From assembly GCA_001643675.2 (NCBI GenBank), contig LSRY02000005.1:930001-994000 (forward strand): a stretch of 64,000 nt of DNA, in the 5' to 3' direction. Source of the DNA: Monocercomonoides exilis PA203 (taxonomy: Eukaryota > Protista > Preaxostyla). This document shows positions 11,797-22,347 of this stretch, piece after piece (positions within the stretch are counted from its first letter, which is position 1; each line of letters starts with the position of its first letter). Under the pieces are notes generated by a model. It ran no database searches and was not told where the DNA came from. It worked only from the letters and a program-made list of their open reading frames with translations. The position numbers were made by a program, and so were the translations under genes.

Positions 11797-14700
11797 TCAA
11801 TTGTATTCCCCTTTCTTCCCTTTCTTGCCTTCCTTCTCATCCATCTCATCCCTTTCACCCCCCTCTTCTCTTCGTGTTTCCACAAGCTCTACTGCATCTG
11901 ACATCGTCATCACCAATGCATCCTTCGGGAAGTGTGAAATAAGCTCCCGCTTCACTTCCACGAGCTTCATCCTCCCTGAAGCCTCTTGCTCAACGCACCC
12001 ATTTACAATATTCCAAATTGAAGACTCCTCTGCAGCCAGCATATTCGGCATCTCAAACATCCCTATCTTCTGCCCTGCCACCTCTGCTGGATACTCTCCA
12101 AACGGGATCTGAAGAGTCAAGCATTCCCACAGCATCATCCCAATAGAGAATGCCACCGACTCCTTTGTTGCACCCATCTTCATGTTTATCTGCAGCTCAG
12201 GTGCTTTCCACCTCAGACACTCTTTTCTGAAGTCATCCTCATCCTCAAAGGCTGATGAGGGCAGAGAGTCATCATCATCATCACCACCACTGTCAGATGT
12301 CACAACTGTTGATGAAGAAATTGATGAGGAATCTGAATCATCATCCGACAAGAAGTCAGAATGCATCACAATGCAGATCACCATATGCTCAGAGAACAGA
12401 ACAATGTGAGGACTCAGACTGGACAATGACTGAAGCTTGTTTTCCATTTCATCAAATGAATGAAGGGCGAGATTAGCCACCCAGAACAAGATTTGGGCAG
12501 CTGTCTGCTCCCTCTCTTTCAATGAGCCAATCGCCATCTCCTTTTTCTCGTTCCTTCCATGCAACAACATGAACAAAGAATCCCTCAAATCCACAATCAG
12601 TTTCTCGTGTGGAGATGAACATGCCATTGCATCCACTAGATTTGACATCGACGAGGTGGTCGGACACATACTCTCTGGTCGGATAAAAGTTGTATCTGTA
12701 TCTGTGGTAGAAGTGGATGAGATGGATGGTGATGGAGTTCTCTTTCTTGTCTCTTCATCTTCTTCAACCTTCTCTAATGCCCAATCAGGAATTCTATCTG
12801 AATCCCTTCCCAATATATATTCAGTTGATCCACTTTCACTCAGCAAATGCTCTGATGACTCAGAGTGTCCCAAACTTTTCTCATATACTCTTTTCTTTAT
12901 CCTCTCTTCATTACTCTTCTCAGCCTCTCTTTCAGCTCTCTTCCACTGCTCCTCTGGTGACATCTCCATCGTCACCATCTCAATCAGTTTTGGATCTTTT
13001 CTGATGTTATCATTCACAATCTCTTCCAATTCTTCTGTTCTTCTCTCCGACTTTCTCCATCGAACTGCCAGAATGATAGATACAACAAGAACAATCAAAA
13101 ACAATAAAACAAATACAACAGCTATAATCAACGCCCATGATGATTTTTCTTCTTTTCCGCTTTCAACAATTTTTTCATCTCCTTTTGGTGGAGAAATACT
13201 TATATTCTTCAGAACGAATGAATTTGTTGACGAAGGAGATTCTTCATTCCCAAATAAAATATGCACACTCACCTCGATTTCATCTCCACAATTGCTAATG
13301 AGATCTATTCCCACACTTCCTTCTGCTTCTCCTTCTGATAAAAATCCATTTGCGTCGAAATCGTGTTTTTCAATCTCTTTCTCTTCTCCTTTCCTCTTCA
13401 CAACTGAGAATGACAGATTGCATGGAACAAGAAGTATCCCTTTGAATGTCAGCTTCATTCTGTCTGTCTCTTCTTTTGCTTCCACACTCTCCAGAACAGG
13501 AATGAAGAATGATGAATCCCTTTCTGAAACAATTCCTTCAAAACTGCACCCATCATTCAACATCCACAATGACGAATTATCCTTCACTCCATCTCCTCCT
13601 TTCAAACTCATCACATTCAATGTTCCAGAATCAGAACAGATGATGTTTCTTCTCAATGATAGATATCCTTCAATTGATGGATTATTGCTCTCAAATAACC
13701 CCATCTCAATTATCACATTTCCTCCATTCATTGTTATTCCCCCTTCAGGAGAATTCGAGATTGTTGTGTCTTTCATCAAAACAGAACTCTTCACAACATC
13801 AACAAGAGATCCTGACCATATGCATATCTCTTCTTCTTCTTTATTCAGATGAAGTTCATTTCTTTCATTTGAACTTCCATCAAAAATGCAATTGTCCATT
13901 ATCACATCTAAACAATTCTCCAATTTCATCAATTTCCCTTTTGTAGTCTTTGAACTGACTCCGCCTATTGTGCAATTTGTTAATTGAATCGTCTTTTTCA
14001 TTGAAAAGCATGATATCAAAGATTCTCCATCCCCTTCAACTGTGATATTTTCAGAATGAAACTTTTCCATATTCAATTGCTCACATTCATTAATCTCAAT
14101 CAGAGATGTTTTTATTGTTGAATTGAATATCTCAAACAAATAAATCACTGATGGAAGAGAAGATGATAGATACAATGCAGATTCATGAAGAATAAGATTT
14201 GATATTGTGCATCCATCAAGTTGTAATTCTCCTTTTTTCATGAATATAATGTGGAATGGGATGTTTGCAAATTCAACATTACCTTCTTCATTAGATTGTT
14301 TTGAAATGAATGAGCAATTCATTATTTCAAGAATTCCTCCCTCTGGTGATATCAGTGATTCGTGAAAAGAGATGAAATTCGAATCGAACACAAAGTTCAC
14401 CCTCAACAATGAGACTGCTCCTGTTGTTGTTATCAAAGCATCTCTTGTTTTTCCAATGCTTGATTTCACTTCAACTTTGCACAAGCCTCTGCTCTTCGAA
14501 CTCAAACTCATCTCTTTCAGATCCAATTCGCCTCTAATTTCACTCTCCTCAACAATGAACATCAGACTTATGAAATCTGAAGTCAGATGCATCAGCCCAT
14601 AATCAATCGAATCACATGGAAGAGTGTTTGTTCCACATTGCTTTTCATTTGATCCATTCACGCTGCTCACAATGATCGTGTCACTCTGATGGATCGTTAT

Positions 14701-17700
14701 AAATACCATCAGATTTGTATCGTCCTTATATTCACACTCATCTCTTCCATATATCGCATTAATTCGTGAATAATGATTCTCTCGAAGATCAAACTGAAAT
14801 TGCCTTTCATCGATCTGAGATGTGATGTTGAAACATTCAATGAAAATGTCATTCCCCACTTTTGCTGTGTTCGCACTGAATTTCATCCCCACAAATGTGA
14901 AATTCAAATCACCTGTTTCCTTTGTTGCCAAATACACTCCTCCTCCTCTTCCTGTGCTATTGTTGCAGCTGCAATGACTGATTGTCGATTCAATCATCTT
15001 CATTGATCCAGAAGCGCCCAACGTGAAAAAGATCGCCCCTCCTTTTTCACTTGTTTCTGCTTTGTCTTCTGTGATGTTGCTCTCATTGATAACCAAACAA
15101 ATCCTTTTCTCACTCTTTGATTCCAAAATGTTCGCTCCATTGTCACTTCTCTTCACTCCTGAAAATGATGAATTATCAATATTGAGATTCATTTCCTCGA
15201 CTCCTTCATTTATCTTTGTTGTTGGTTCAGTTCCTTTGATCAGAAGAAGACATCCTCCACTTTCATTCAACGATTTCACACGAACATTCATCAAATGACA
15301 AGTAATTCCAGCATCGCGGATGATAAAAATGCTGCTTCCAACATTGCATGATTCCATCGACAAATCATTCACTTCCACACGGCCTCCAATCGCATCCACA
15401 AACACACAATCAAATCCATTGTTCACTCTTGCTGCTGAATGGAATGAACATCCAGATATCACCAAATCTCCATAAATATTTGAAATAATTGTTTTGGCTG
15501 AGTTGTCAAATCCAGATGTTAATTGCAGTTGGATATTTGTCAATTCAAGATGATCATCATTTCCCATGAAATATTCCAGTTGACTTCCAACTGCCTTTTC
15601 AAAATTCAATATCGCTTTCACATTCTCTTCTCCCATCTTTACACCCTTTTTGATCTGATAATTGGAAATGTTGAATGAATCTCGAATAATTGTTGATCCT
15701 TCAATTTGAATAGTTTTCTTTCCAATCTCCTTTTTCATGTTTTCCATTCCTTTCCACATTGTTTGACATGGCTCTTCCTCACTTCCACAGCGTGCAACAT
15801 CAAATCCTTCTGATGAGATAAATATTTCAATTGAGCTGTATGGAATCAAAAACATGAACAAATCCTTTTCTTGATGATTATTATCACTTCCAACAAACAG
15901 AGTCTTATCATCCTTCATTGATGAGTAATTGATGTGGAATGAATCATTTGTTACAGAACGATTCAAATCCTTTCCCAAAATGAACAGATTCTTTCCAATT
16001 GCTGCATTGTTGTTCTCAAAAGTGATACCAACATCAAAAACAAATGGGTTTTCATTCAAACAATTTTGGCAATCCAAATGCAAAAATCCTCCTTTTCCAT
16101 TGTCCGATGAAAGTGAGCAAGATGACACATTTGTTGACTTGATCACCAATTTTTCATTCTCTTGCAAAGTCACTTTCGCAACACCACCTTCATCGCTTCC
16201 AGTGTTCACAATATTTGAAAAGTTGCTGTTTTCGAGCAATACAGAAGAACCCATCACCAATGGTGATTTGAAAAATGAACAATCTGCCAAACTGCATCCT
16301 TTCAATGTGCAACGTCCAGTTGTTGTTGTTATCAATGTATATTGAACAGTTTTCAATGATTTGATATCGAATAAACAGTTTTCGAGTTTAAGAACCCCAC
16401 TCGATGAGATCAATGAATCCATATTTGGATCAAATTGATTTGGAATCTGCAACATCAAAGATAACAAGCTGAGTGACTGAATTGATGAAATAACAGATGA
16501 TGATTCAGAATCCCCATTGATTTTTTCATAAAATTGAACAGTCTTATATTGTTCTTCATCTCCCTTATTCACACATCCTTCAATTACAAGTGCATCTGTG
16601 AGGTAATAAATATCTTCCATTGTTCCTTCATCTTTCACTTTCACTGTCCTTTCTCCTTCTGTCTCACTTCTGTCAACGTGATTAATTCCACTTTTCATCG
16701 ATTGACATGGGAATATTTCACTTCCACAACCCAATGTGTCATGCCCATCTGTAGACACAGATACCTCCACCCATTTCAGAGAAACAAGAAACACTCGAAG
16801 ATCCATTTCTCCACATTTCTCATCTTCTCCAACAAATGCATTCCCATCGTCCCTGTAATCTGAGCAATCAAATGCAAACCGCTCAATATTCATAGTGTTC
16901 ACCAGATTCCCACTCTTCACAAACATGTTCTTCCCAACTGTTGCCCTGCATCCAGAAAACGATATCGATGAAAGCTGAAATCCTCCTTCATTCAAACTGC
17001 AATCCAAATATATCCCTCCTCCTCTTCCACCAGCTCCGGCATCCTCATTCACACAGCACCCGGTAAAGGTGGTGCTACTCACTGAAAACGTATTATCAGA
17101 GACGGATGAGGCGAATGAGATGCACCCGCCATCTGTGGAAGTTTGTTGGCTCAACTGTTCTGAGTTGATGTTGGTGAAGGTGCAGTTGGTGAGGGAGATG
17201 GAGAGGGCAGGGGAGGTGGCAGAGGAGAGGACACAGCTGGTGGGAGTGGCAGTGGAGGTGATGTCGGTGATGTTGGAGGAGTTGAGGGTGAGTGGAGTGG
17301 TGAGGGAGGTAAGGTGGAAGATGCTTTGGCTGCTGAGGATGAGACTGGTGATTGCTGTGTTGTTGAGGGCGAGGGAGCCAGCAGTGAGGAAGAAGAGGGG
17401 GGTTGTGATTGATGATGAAGATGAGGTTGTTCCAGCGATGGTGGTTGTGTTGAGGTTGAGGGAAGGGGAGTTATTGGAGAGGTGGAAGAGGATGGGGGTG
17501 ATGGCATTTGAGGAGTTATGGGCGATGGTGAGGGCAGAGACTGTGAGGGAGCCCTGAGTTTGTGCGAAGAGGGAAGAAGAGGAAGATGGATCGGGAGATG
17601 AAGAGGAGGAGGAAGATGAAGAAGAAGTTGACTGTGGAATGTCACTGGAGGAGATAGTTGTTGTGGATATTCCATTTCCAGTGATCTTTGTATTTGGAGC

Positions 17701-19767
17701 ACGGAATGTGAGAGTCTTTGTTGGAGTGAAAGTGGAGATGAGGAGAGTGAGGGAGGCATCACTGAAGGGAGCAATGCATCCGAGAGCATACTCCACAGTT
17801 GCACATGGATTTTGTTGTGTTTTTCCACAGGCATCGATATCAGTTCCATTGTTGGCAACAATTTTTTTCTGGTTGATGATTGGAAGCCAGCCATTGAACT
17901 CATCGTTTTCAGCTGTATTGTTATTCCAGACTCTTTGTGTTGTGGTTGTTGAGCCACATTGCTGGAAAGGAGTTTGGGTAATATCACTTCCACTAAAGAA
18001 CACATCATTTCCTCTGCCATTTGCAGCAGTGTTGCTATCAAAGAAACAGAAAGTGATGAATTTGACTTCATTCATCCAGGAATAAGTTGAATAGCAGTGA
18101 ATGCCAGCTCCACCAAGAATTGAAGTTGAACTTGTCAATTTATTGTTAATGAATTGACAATGATTGATTGAAAATTGATTTGGTTTATTTTGCGGAGGAT
18201 TAAAAAATGTTAATGAGCCAGTCGCATTTCCACCAGTATTAGAGATACACATACAGTTTGAAAACAGAAATTGACCGTTTGTTGGGAAATAACCAATATA
18301 AAAATACCAGCCAGTTCCACACCAATCAGTTATTTTGCAATTTTCAACTTTGTTTTTTGAAAATAAATAGACAGAAGATGATTGTCGGCAATCGATGCAA
18401 GTTGCTCCTCCATGTAAAGCAGAACAACTGGTGAAATTGGATTTTTCAATTTCAATTTTCAACAAAAACACGCTATATAACGCTCCACCACTGCATCCGT
18501 TTGTTGAACATTTGAAAAACGAACAAGAAGTGATTGTGAGATTTGCATTTTCGCAGTTGACTTTTAGAGCGCCTCCTTGATCATTTCCGCTATATGAATC
18601 ATTCCATTCGCACCACTCAAAGCGATGGCTGTTCTCATCAAAAGAGGACAATCTTCCTGGTGTTTCTCGTTGAGTTTCTGTTCCAATATGCACCACAGCA
18701 TCATTTGATAAAGAACGTGTTTGGCGGAGGAATGAGGTGTTGAAGGCAGAGAGAGAAGTGGATGGGCTGTTGAGGTTGGGGAGGATCGCACCATCGATTG
18801 GATTGAAGGTGTGGAGGAAGATGGATGAGTGGATGGAGAGAGAGGAGCGTAGAGAGAAGGAGGAGATTGTGTTTATGCTTGTGTTTGTGTTTATGGTGGT
18901 GGTGGTGAATGAGTTGTGTGTGTGTGTGGGTTTGGCAGGAATGGTGTGTGTGGATTGTGGCGCAGTGGTGATGTTTGTGAAGAGTGTGTCCGAGAGGTGG
19001 AGATCGAGGTGGATTTGGAGGTGGGGATGGGATTGGTGATGGTTATGGAGAGGGGAAGAGGAAGAGGAAGAGGAAATAAAAGAGGAAGGGGAAGGAGAAG
19101 GAGAAGAAAAAGATGATGATGAGGATGAGGATGAGAAAGATGAAAGAGAAGGGGAAGGGGAAGAGAGGGAAGAAGGAGAAAAAAGGAAAGGTTGGACGAG
19201 GGGGATGAAGGAGGAGAAAGAGGAGCGGGAGATGGAGAAGGATGCGGGGATTGGTAAGTTAGCATTTTGGAGGAGATTTTTGGGAAGGGAGAAGAGGGGG
19301 AAGGAGATGAAGGCTGGTTGATGGATAACGAGGGAGAAGTTGGAGAGAGAGAGGGAGCTGTGGGAAGAGAGGAAAAGTGGGTGGCTGGCATCTGCGTGGA
19401 TTCGACAGAAGGAGGAGAAAATGGTGCATGACGAGTGGCGTTGTGCAGTGAGAAATGCGCAGCCGCTGAGAGGTTCCATGACGAGATCGCTCACACACAA
19501 CGAGGTGTTGATTATATTCACATTTGTTCGAGCACAACTGACACGATCGCCTGGCGAGAATATGACTTTTGCTGCACCTATGCCATTTTTATTGGAGTAT
19601 TTGTTGCTGCGTGTTTCAATGCTGATCGTGCTTTCTGGCATCTCCCAATTCATTTCTTGTTGATTTCGTTTTTCTGCAATGCCTATTCCATTGTCGCAAT
19701 TTACAAAAAACAAAATCAGAGCAACAATATTGAATGCAACTTTTACGCTGGTGGAGAATCTCACCAT
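11797..19767 (-). CDS. 2656-aa receptor-like surface protein: signal peptide, beta-helix ectodomain with 4 CG..PC modules, TM, degenerate TKL-like pseudokinase tail
   Basis: Intronless ORF. Modules CGKTQQNPC, CGSEIFPC, CGSEEEPC and CGTNTLPC; the first three close with GxGG(G/F)xxL motifs. TM WALIIAVVFVLLFLIVLVVSIILAV. C-lobe kinase motifs LRWKAPEL and FSIGMMLWECLTLQIPF. Confidence 0.92.
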   Translation of the reverse strand: MVRFSTSVKVAFNIVALILFFVNCDNGIGIAEKRNQQEMNWEMPESTISIETRSNKYSNKNGIGAAKVIFSPGDRVSCARTNVNIINTSLCVSDLVMEPLSGCAFLTAQRHSSCTIFSSFCRIHADASHPLFLSSHSSLSLSNFSLVIHQPAFISFPLFSLPKNLLQNANLPIPASFSISRSSFSSFIPLVQPFLFSPSSLSSPSPSLSSFSSSSSSSSFSSPSPSPSSFISSSSSSSPLHNHHQSHPHLQIHLDLHLSDTLFTNITTAPQSTHTIPAKPTHTHNSFTTTTINTNTSINTISSFSLRSSLSIHSSIFLHTFNPIDGAILPNLNSPSTSLSAFNTSFLRQTRSLSNDAVVHIGTETQRETPGRLSSFDENSHRFEWCEWNDSYSGNDQGGALKVNCENANLTITSCSFFKCSTNGCSGGALYSVFLLKIEIEKSNFTSCSALHGGATCIDCRQSSSVYLFSKNKVENCKITDWCGTGWYFYIGYFPTNGQFLFSNCMCISNTGGNATGSLTFFNPPQNKPNQFSINHCQFINNKLTSSTSILGGAGIHCYSTYSWMNEVKFITFCFFDSNTAANGRGNDVFFSGSDITQTPFQQCGSTTTTQRVWNNNTAENDEFNGWLPIINQKKIVANNGTDIDACGKTQQNPCATVEYALGCIAPFSDASLTLLISTFTPTKTLTFRAPNTKITGNGISTTTISSSDIPQSTSSSSSSSSSSPDPSSSSSLFAQTQGSLTVSALTIAHNSSNAITPILFHLSNNSPSLNLNTTTIAGTTSSSSSITTPLFFLTAGSLALNNTAITSLILSSQSIFHLTSLTTPLTLNSSNITDITSTATPTSCVLSSATSPALSISLTNCTFTNINSEQLSQQTSTDGGCISFASSVSDNTFSVSSTTFTGCCVNEDAGAGGRGGGIYLDCSLNEGGFQLSSISFSGCRATVGKNMFVKSGNLVNTMNIERFAFDCSDYRDDGNAFVGEDEKCGEMDLRVFLVSLKWVEVSVSTDGHDTLGCGSEIFPCQSMKSGINHVDRSETEGERTVKVKDEGTMEDIYYLTDALVIEGCVNKGDEEQYKTVQFYEKINGDSESSSVISSIQSLSLLSLMLQIPNQFDPNMDSLISSSGVLKLENCLFDIKSLKTVQYTLITTTTGRCTLKGCSLADCSFFKSPLVMGSSVLLENSNFSNIVNTGSDEGGVAKVTLQENEKLVIKSTNVSSCSLSSDNGKGGFLHLDCQNCLNENPFVFDVGITFENNNAAIGKNLFILGKDLNRSVTNDSFHINYSSMKDDKTLFVGSDNNHQEKDLFMFLIPYSSIEIFISSEGFDVARCGSEEEPCQTMWKGMENMKKEIGKKTIQIEGSTIIRDSFNISNYQIKKGVKMGEENVKAILNFEKAVGSQLEYFMGNDDHLELTNIQLQLTSGFDNSAKTIISNIYGDLVISGCSFHSAARVNNGFDCVFVDAIGGRVEVNDLSMESCNVGSSIFIIRDAGITCHLMNVRVKSLNESGGCLLLIKGTEPTTKINEGVEEMNLNIDNSSFSGVKRSDNGANILESKSEKRICLVINESNITEDKAETSEKGGAIFFTLGASGSMKMIESTISHCSCNNSTGRGGGVYLATKETGDLNFTFVGMKFSANTAKVGNDIFIECFNITSQIDERQFQFDLRENHYSRINAIYGRDECEYKDDTNLMVFITIHQSDTIIVSSVNGSNEKQCGTNTLPCDSIDYGLMHLTSDFISLMFIVEESEIRGELDLKEMSLSSKSRGLCKVEVKSSIGKTRDALITTTGAVSLLRVNFVFDSNFISFHESLISPEGGILEIMNCSFISKQSNEEGNVEFANIPFHIIFMKKGELQLDGCTISNLILHESALYLSSSLPSVIYLFEIFNSTIKTSLIEINECEQLNMEKFHSENITVEGDGESLISCFSMKKTIQLTNCTIGGVSSKTTKGKLMKLENCLDVIMDNCIFDGSSNERNELHLNKEEEEICIWSGSLVDVVKSSVLMKDTTISNSPEGGITMNGGNVIIEMGLFESNNPSIEGYLSLRRNIICSDSGTLNVMSLKGGDGVKDNSSLWMLNDGCSFEGIVSERDSSFFIPVLESVEAKEETDRMKLTFKGILLVPCNLSFSVVKRKGEEKEIEKHDFDANGFLSEGEAEGSVGIDLISNCGDEIEVSVHILFGNEESPSSTNSFVLKNISISPPKGDEKIVESGKEEKSSWALIIAVVFVLLFLIVLVVSIILAVRWRKSERRTEELEEIVNDNIRKDPKLIEMVTMEMSPEEQWKRAEREAEKSNEERIKKRVYEKSLGHSESSEHLLSESGSTEYILGRDSDRIPDWALEKVEEDEETRKRTPSPSISSTSTTDTDTTFIRPESMCPTTSSMSNLVDAMACSSPHEKLIVDLRDSLFMLLHGRNEKKEMAIGSLKEREQTAAQILFWVANLALHSFDEMENKLQSLSSLSPHIVLFSEHMVICIVMHSDFLSDDDSDSSSISSSTVVTSDSGGDDDDDSLPSSAFEDEDDFRKECLRWKAPELQINMKMGATKESVAFSIGMMLWECLTLQIPFGEYPAEVAGQKIGMFEMPNMLAAEESSIWNIVNGCVEQEASGRMKLVEVKRELISHFPKDALVMTMSDAVELVETRREEGGERDEMDEKEGKKGKKGEYN
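12065..12990. repeat. Arm A of a ~925-bp inverted repeat (partner 30960-31885) encoding the shared cytoplasmic tail
   Basis: Both proteins are identical from KLIEMVTME to AEVAGQKI. The shadow ORFs in other frames are also identical (12182-12409 = 31541-31768; 12473-12667 = 31283-31477), so identity is at nucleotide level. Confidence 0.95.
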
Positions 19768-20426
19768 GGAAGAAGATGACAGAAAAAACGAAAAACAAAA
19801 ATTCCTGCGCCCAATATATTTTTATTATTCATAAAACATGTTTTTATACTTTTGTAAAAACAATTAACAAATGTATTTTTTTACATATCACATCAAAATA
19901 TTTTTCCAAAAAATAGTTATGAATTATTTAACTTTTTCCATTAAACTAGTTTTCGAAAAACAATCCATATGTTGATTTTTTCTATCGAAAAAAAATAACA
20001 TATGTTTTCATTGTAATTGATGTTAACAGGAAAAACAATAATTGTCAACATATGAAATTTTTTTCAATTTTTACACACTCACACCTTTGAAATATGATAT
20101 TGCTGAAAAAATTCCTATGAATAAGTGAAAAATGATACACCATATATTTTTTAAATTTGGTAAATTTAGGTGATTATTATTGAAATTGTATTTTTTCATT
20201 CAAAATTTTCGGTTCAAGTGTTTCCTTTGGACATAAATTCATGATTACTTGAGAGTGAAAAGCCTCAATAAAAGACATTTGAATATTGATTTCAGCTGAT
20301 TCACTTCATCCAAAAACAGTTGCGATGAATTCAGCATTTGAAATCAAAAGCTCTTTTCAATGACAAGCAAATTTTGAAAAATCTGCAACCAGAAAAAAGT
20401 TATAATTTCAAAAATATTACCCATTT

Positions 20427-20875
20427 TTATTCAAAGTTGTTGGACTTTGTTTTCGAAATTGGTAAACTTCTTATTCAAAAATAAACAAATTGAGTATATT
20501 TTAAGAAAATTTTTTGTGAAAAATTGGTTTTTTGTTGAGTATTGGAAAGTGATAAAAATAGTATATTTTTTCATTATTTATAAAAAGGATGTAAATTGAG
20601 CTCCAATATTTATTATTTGTGAATAAACATGAAAATTTTTGATTTTTCAGGAAAAAATCATCATTCTTGAAATCTGAAAATTTTCAAATGAACTCACCTT
20701 ACATTGTTAAATTACACATTATCCAATCAAGAAAAGTTATTTATATTTTAAATATATTCAGATGATTAATATAAAACATATGAAGTGAAGTTTGTGTTAA
20801 TAATGGTGGACACTTTCAATAACTGTGGAAAGTCATATTATTTCAACAACCGTTGATAGTTGCATTTTGTCAAAT
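20427..20875. repeat. Left arm of a ~450-bp non-coding inverted repeat
   Basis: Reverse complement of 21557-21654 plus 21926-22276, with only a few mismatches seen. Confidence 0.92.
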
Positions 20876-20947
20876 AATTAAATTACACACTAAATGAGCA
20901 TGAACTCATATGAATTGTGTTTGTCACTTATCCAACACAATTAAATA

Positions 20948-21397
20948 CAGTCCGGACCTGATATAATCACGTCGAATGTGATCACATTCGTTTTGAGTCA
21001 CATTTTTCCATGTACCGTCATTTTTGGCCTATTTTTCATTCATTTTCTATCGAATATAATCACAGGGATGAAAATATATAATCACATTTTAAATTATAAT
21101 GGGTGATTTTTTCAATGCAAAATCGGTTTTTTGATCAAAATTTTCAGAAAATCGATTTTTCAAAATAATGTTAAAATAAGTCTGAATAACATAAAAAAAC
21201 AATAAAAATTGTCATTTCTATTGAAAAATGTGTATTTGTCAAGTTTTTTCAAAAATTAAAAAATAGACACGAAATTAATTATTTCTAAAATAAAATTTCA
21301 TTTTTTTCTGTGTTAAGTCACTTCGCTTATAATCACAATCGGATATTGTCACAAAAAGTTGTGCAAAAACCGATGTGATTATATCCGATTTGGACTG
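20948..21397. mobile_element. MITE family B, Tc1/mariner-like (TA|CAGTCC...GGACTG|TA), 450 bp
   Basis: 27-bp imperfect TIR: CAGTCCGGACCTGATATAATCACGTCG versus CAGTCCAAATCGGATATAATCACATCG. TA on both sides. The TATAATCAC motif repeats internally (about 21055, 21078, 21329). Confidence 0.85.
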
Positions 21398-21556
21398 TAT
21401 AATAAAACTTATTTTTTCTTTTCTGAGAAACTTGGAGAATTTAAAATCTCGGAGTTTATTCAAGGATTGAAAATATAATTTTCTTTATTCAATAAAGAAA
21501 TTATAGTATTTCAGTATATCAATGAAGTTTGAAAACGTTGAGTGTGTAACTGTGCG

Positions 21557-22276
21557 ATTTGACAAAATGCAACTATCAACGGTTGTTGAAATAATATGAC
21601 TGTTCACAGTTATTGAAAGTGTCCACCATTATTAACACGAACTTCACTTCATATGGGGGAAAATACTGACTTTCAAGCTTTTTATGCACAAAGCATGAAA
21701 AAATTGTTTCGCTCAAAACTTTTGATCGCTTTCTCAGATTTCAAAATAAATATGATTTTCATATCTGCACACAGGCATCGTTGAAATCAAAATATCAAGT
21801 TTTCCAACATTTCACGAATGTCAAAAAATGGACCAATTTTAAATTGTTTTTTGATACAAAAAAATCAACGAAAAGCGCATATTTTTTCAATGAAAATGCC
21901 TGAAGTGAAATATTTTTCCCCATATGTTTTATATTAATCATCTGAATATATTTAAAATATAAATAACTTTTCTTGATTGGATAATGTGTAATTTAACAAT
22001 GTAAGGTGAGTTCATTTGAAAATTTTCAGATTTCAAGAATGATGATTTTTTCCTGAAAAATCAAAAATTTTCATGTTTATTCACAAATAATAAATATTGG
22101 AGCTCAATTTACATCCTTTTTATAAATAATGAAAAAATATACTATTTTTATCACTTTCCAATACTCAACAAAAAACCAATTTTTCACAAAAAATTTTCTT
22201 AAAATATACTCAATTTGTTTATTTTTGAATAAGAAGTTTACCAATTTCGAAAACAAAGTCCAACAACTTTGAATAA
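21557..22276. repeat. Right arm of the non-coding inverted repeat, interrupted by MITE C
   Basis: Reverse complement of 20427-20875 once 21655-21925 is removed. Confidence 0.92.
21655..21921. mobile_element. MITE family C (GGGG...CCCC), 267 bp, 4-bp TSD ATAT
   Basis: TIR GGGGGAAAATAC..ACTTTCA / TGAAGT..TATTTTTCCCC. ATAT at 21651-21654 and 21922-21925. The empty site with a single ATAT is visible in the opposite arm (about 20778-20781). Confidence 0.92.
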
Positions 22277-22347
22277 TAAGTTAAACAATTTTGAATAATT
22301 AGCTTCCCAAAATCGAATTAATGGTTTTTTAATTTTTATAATTAGTT

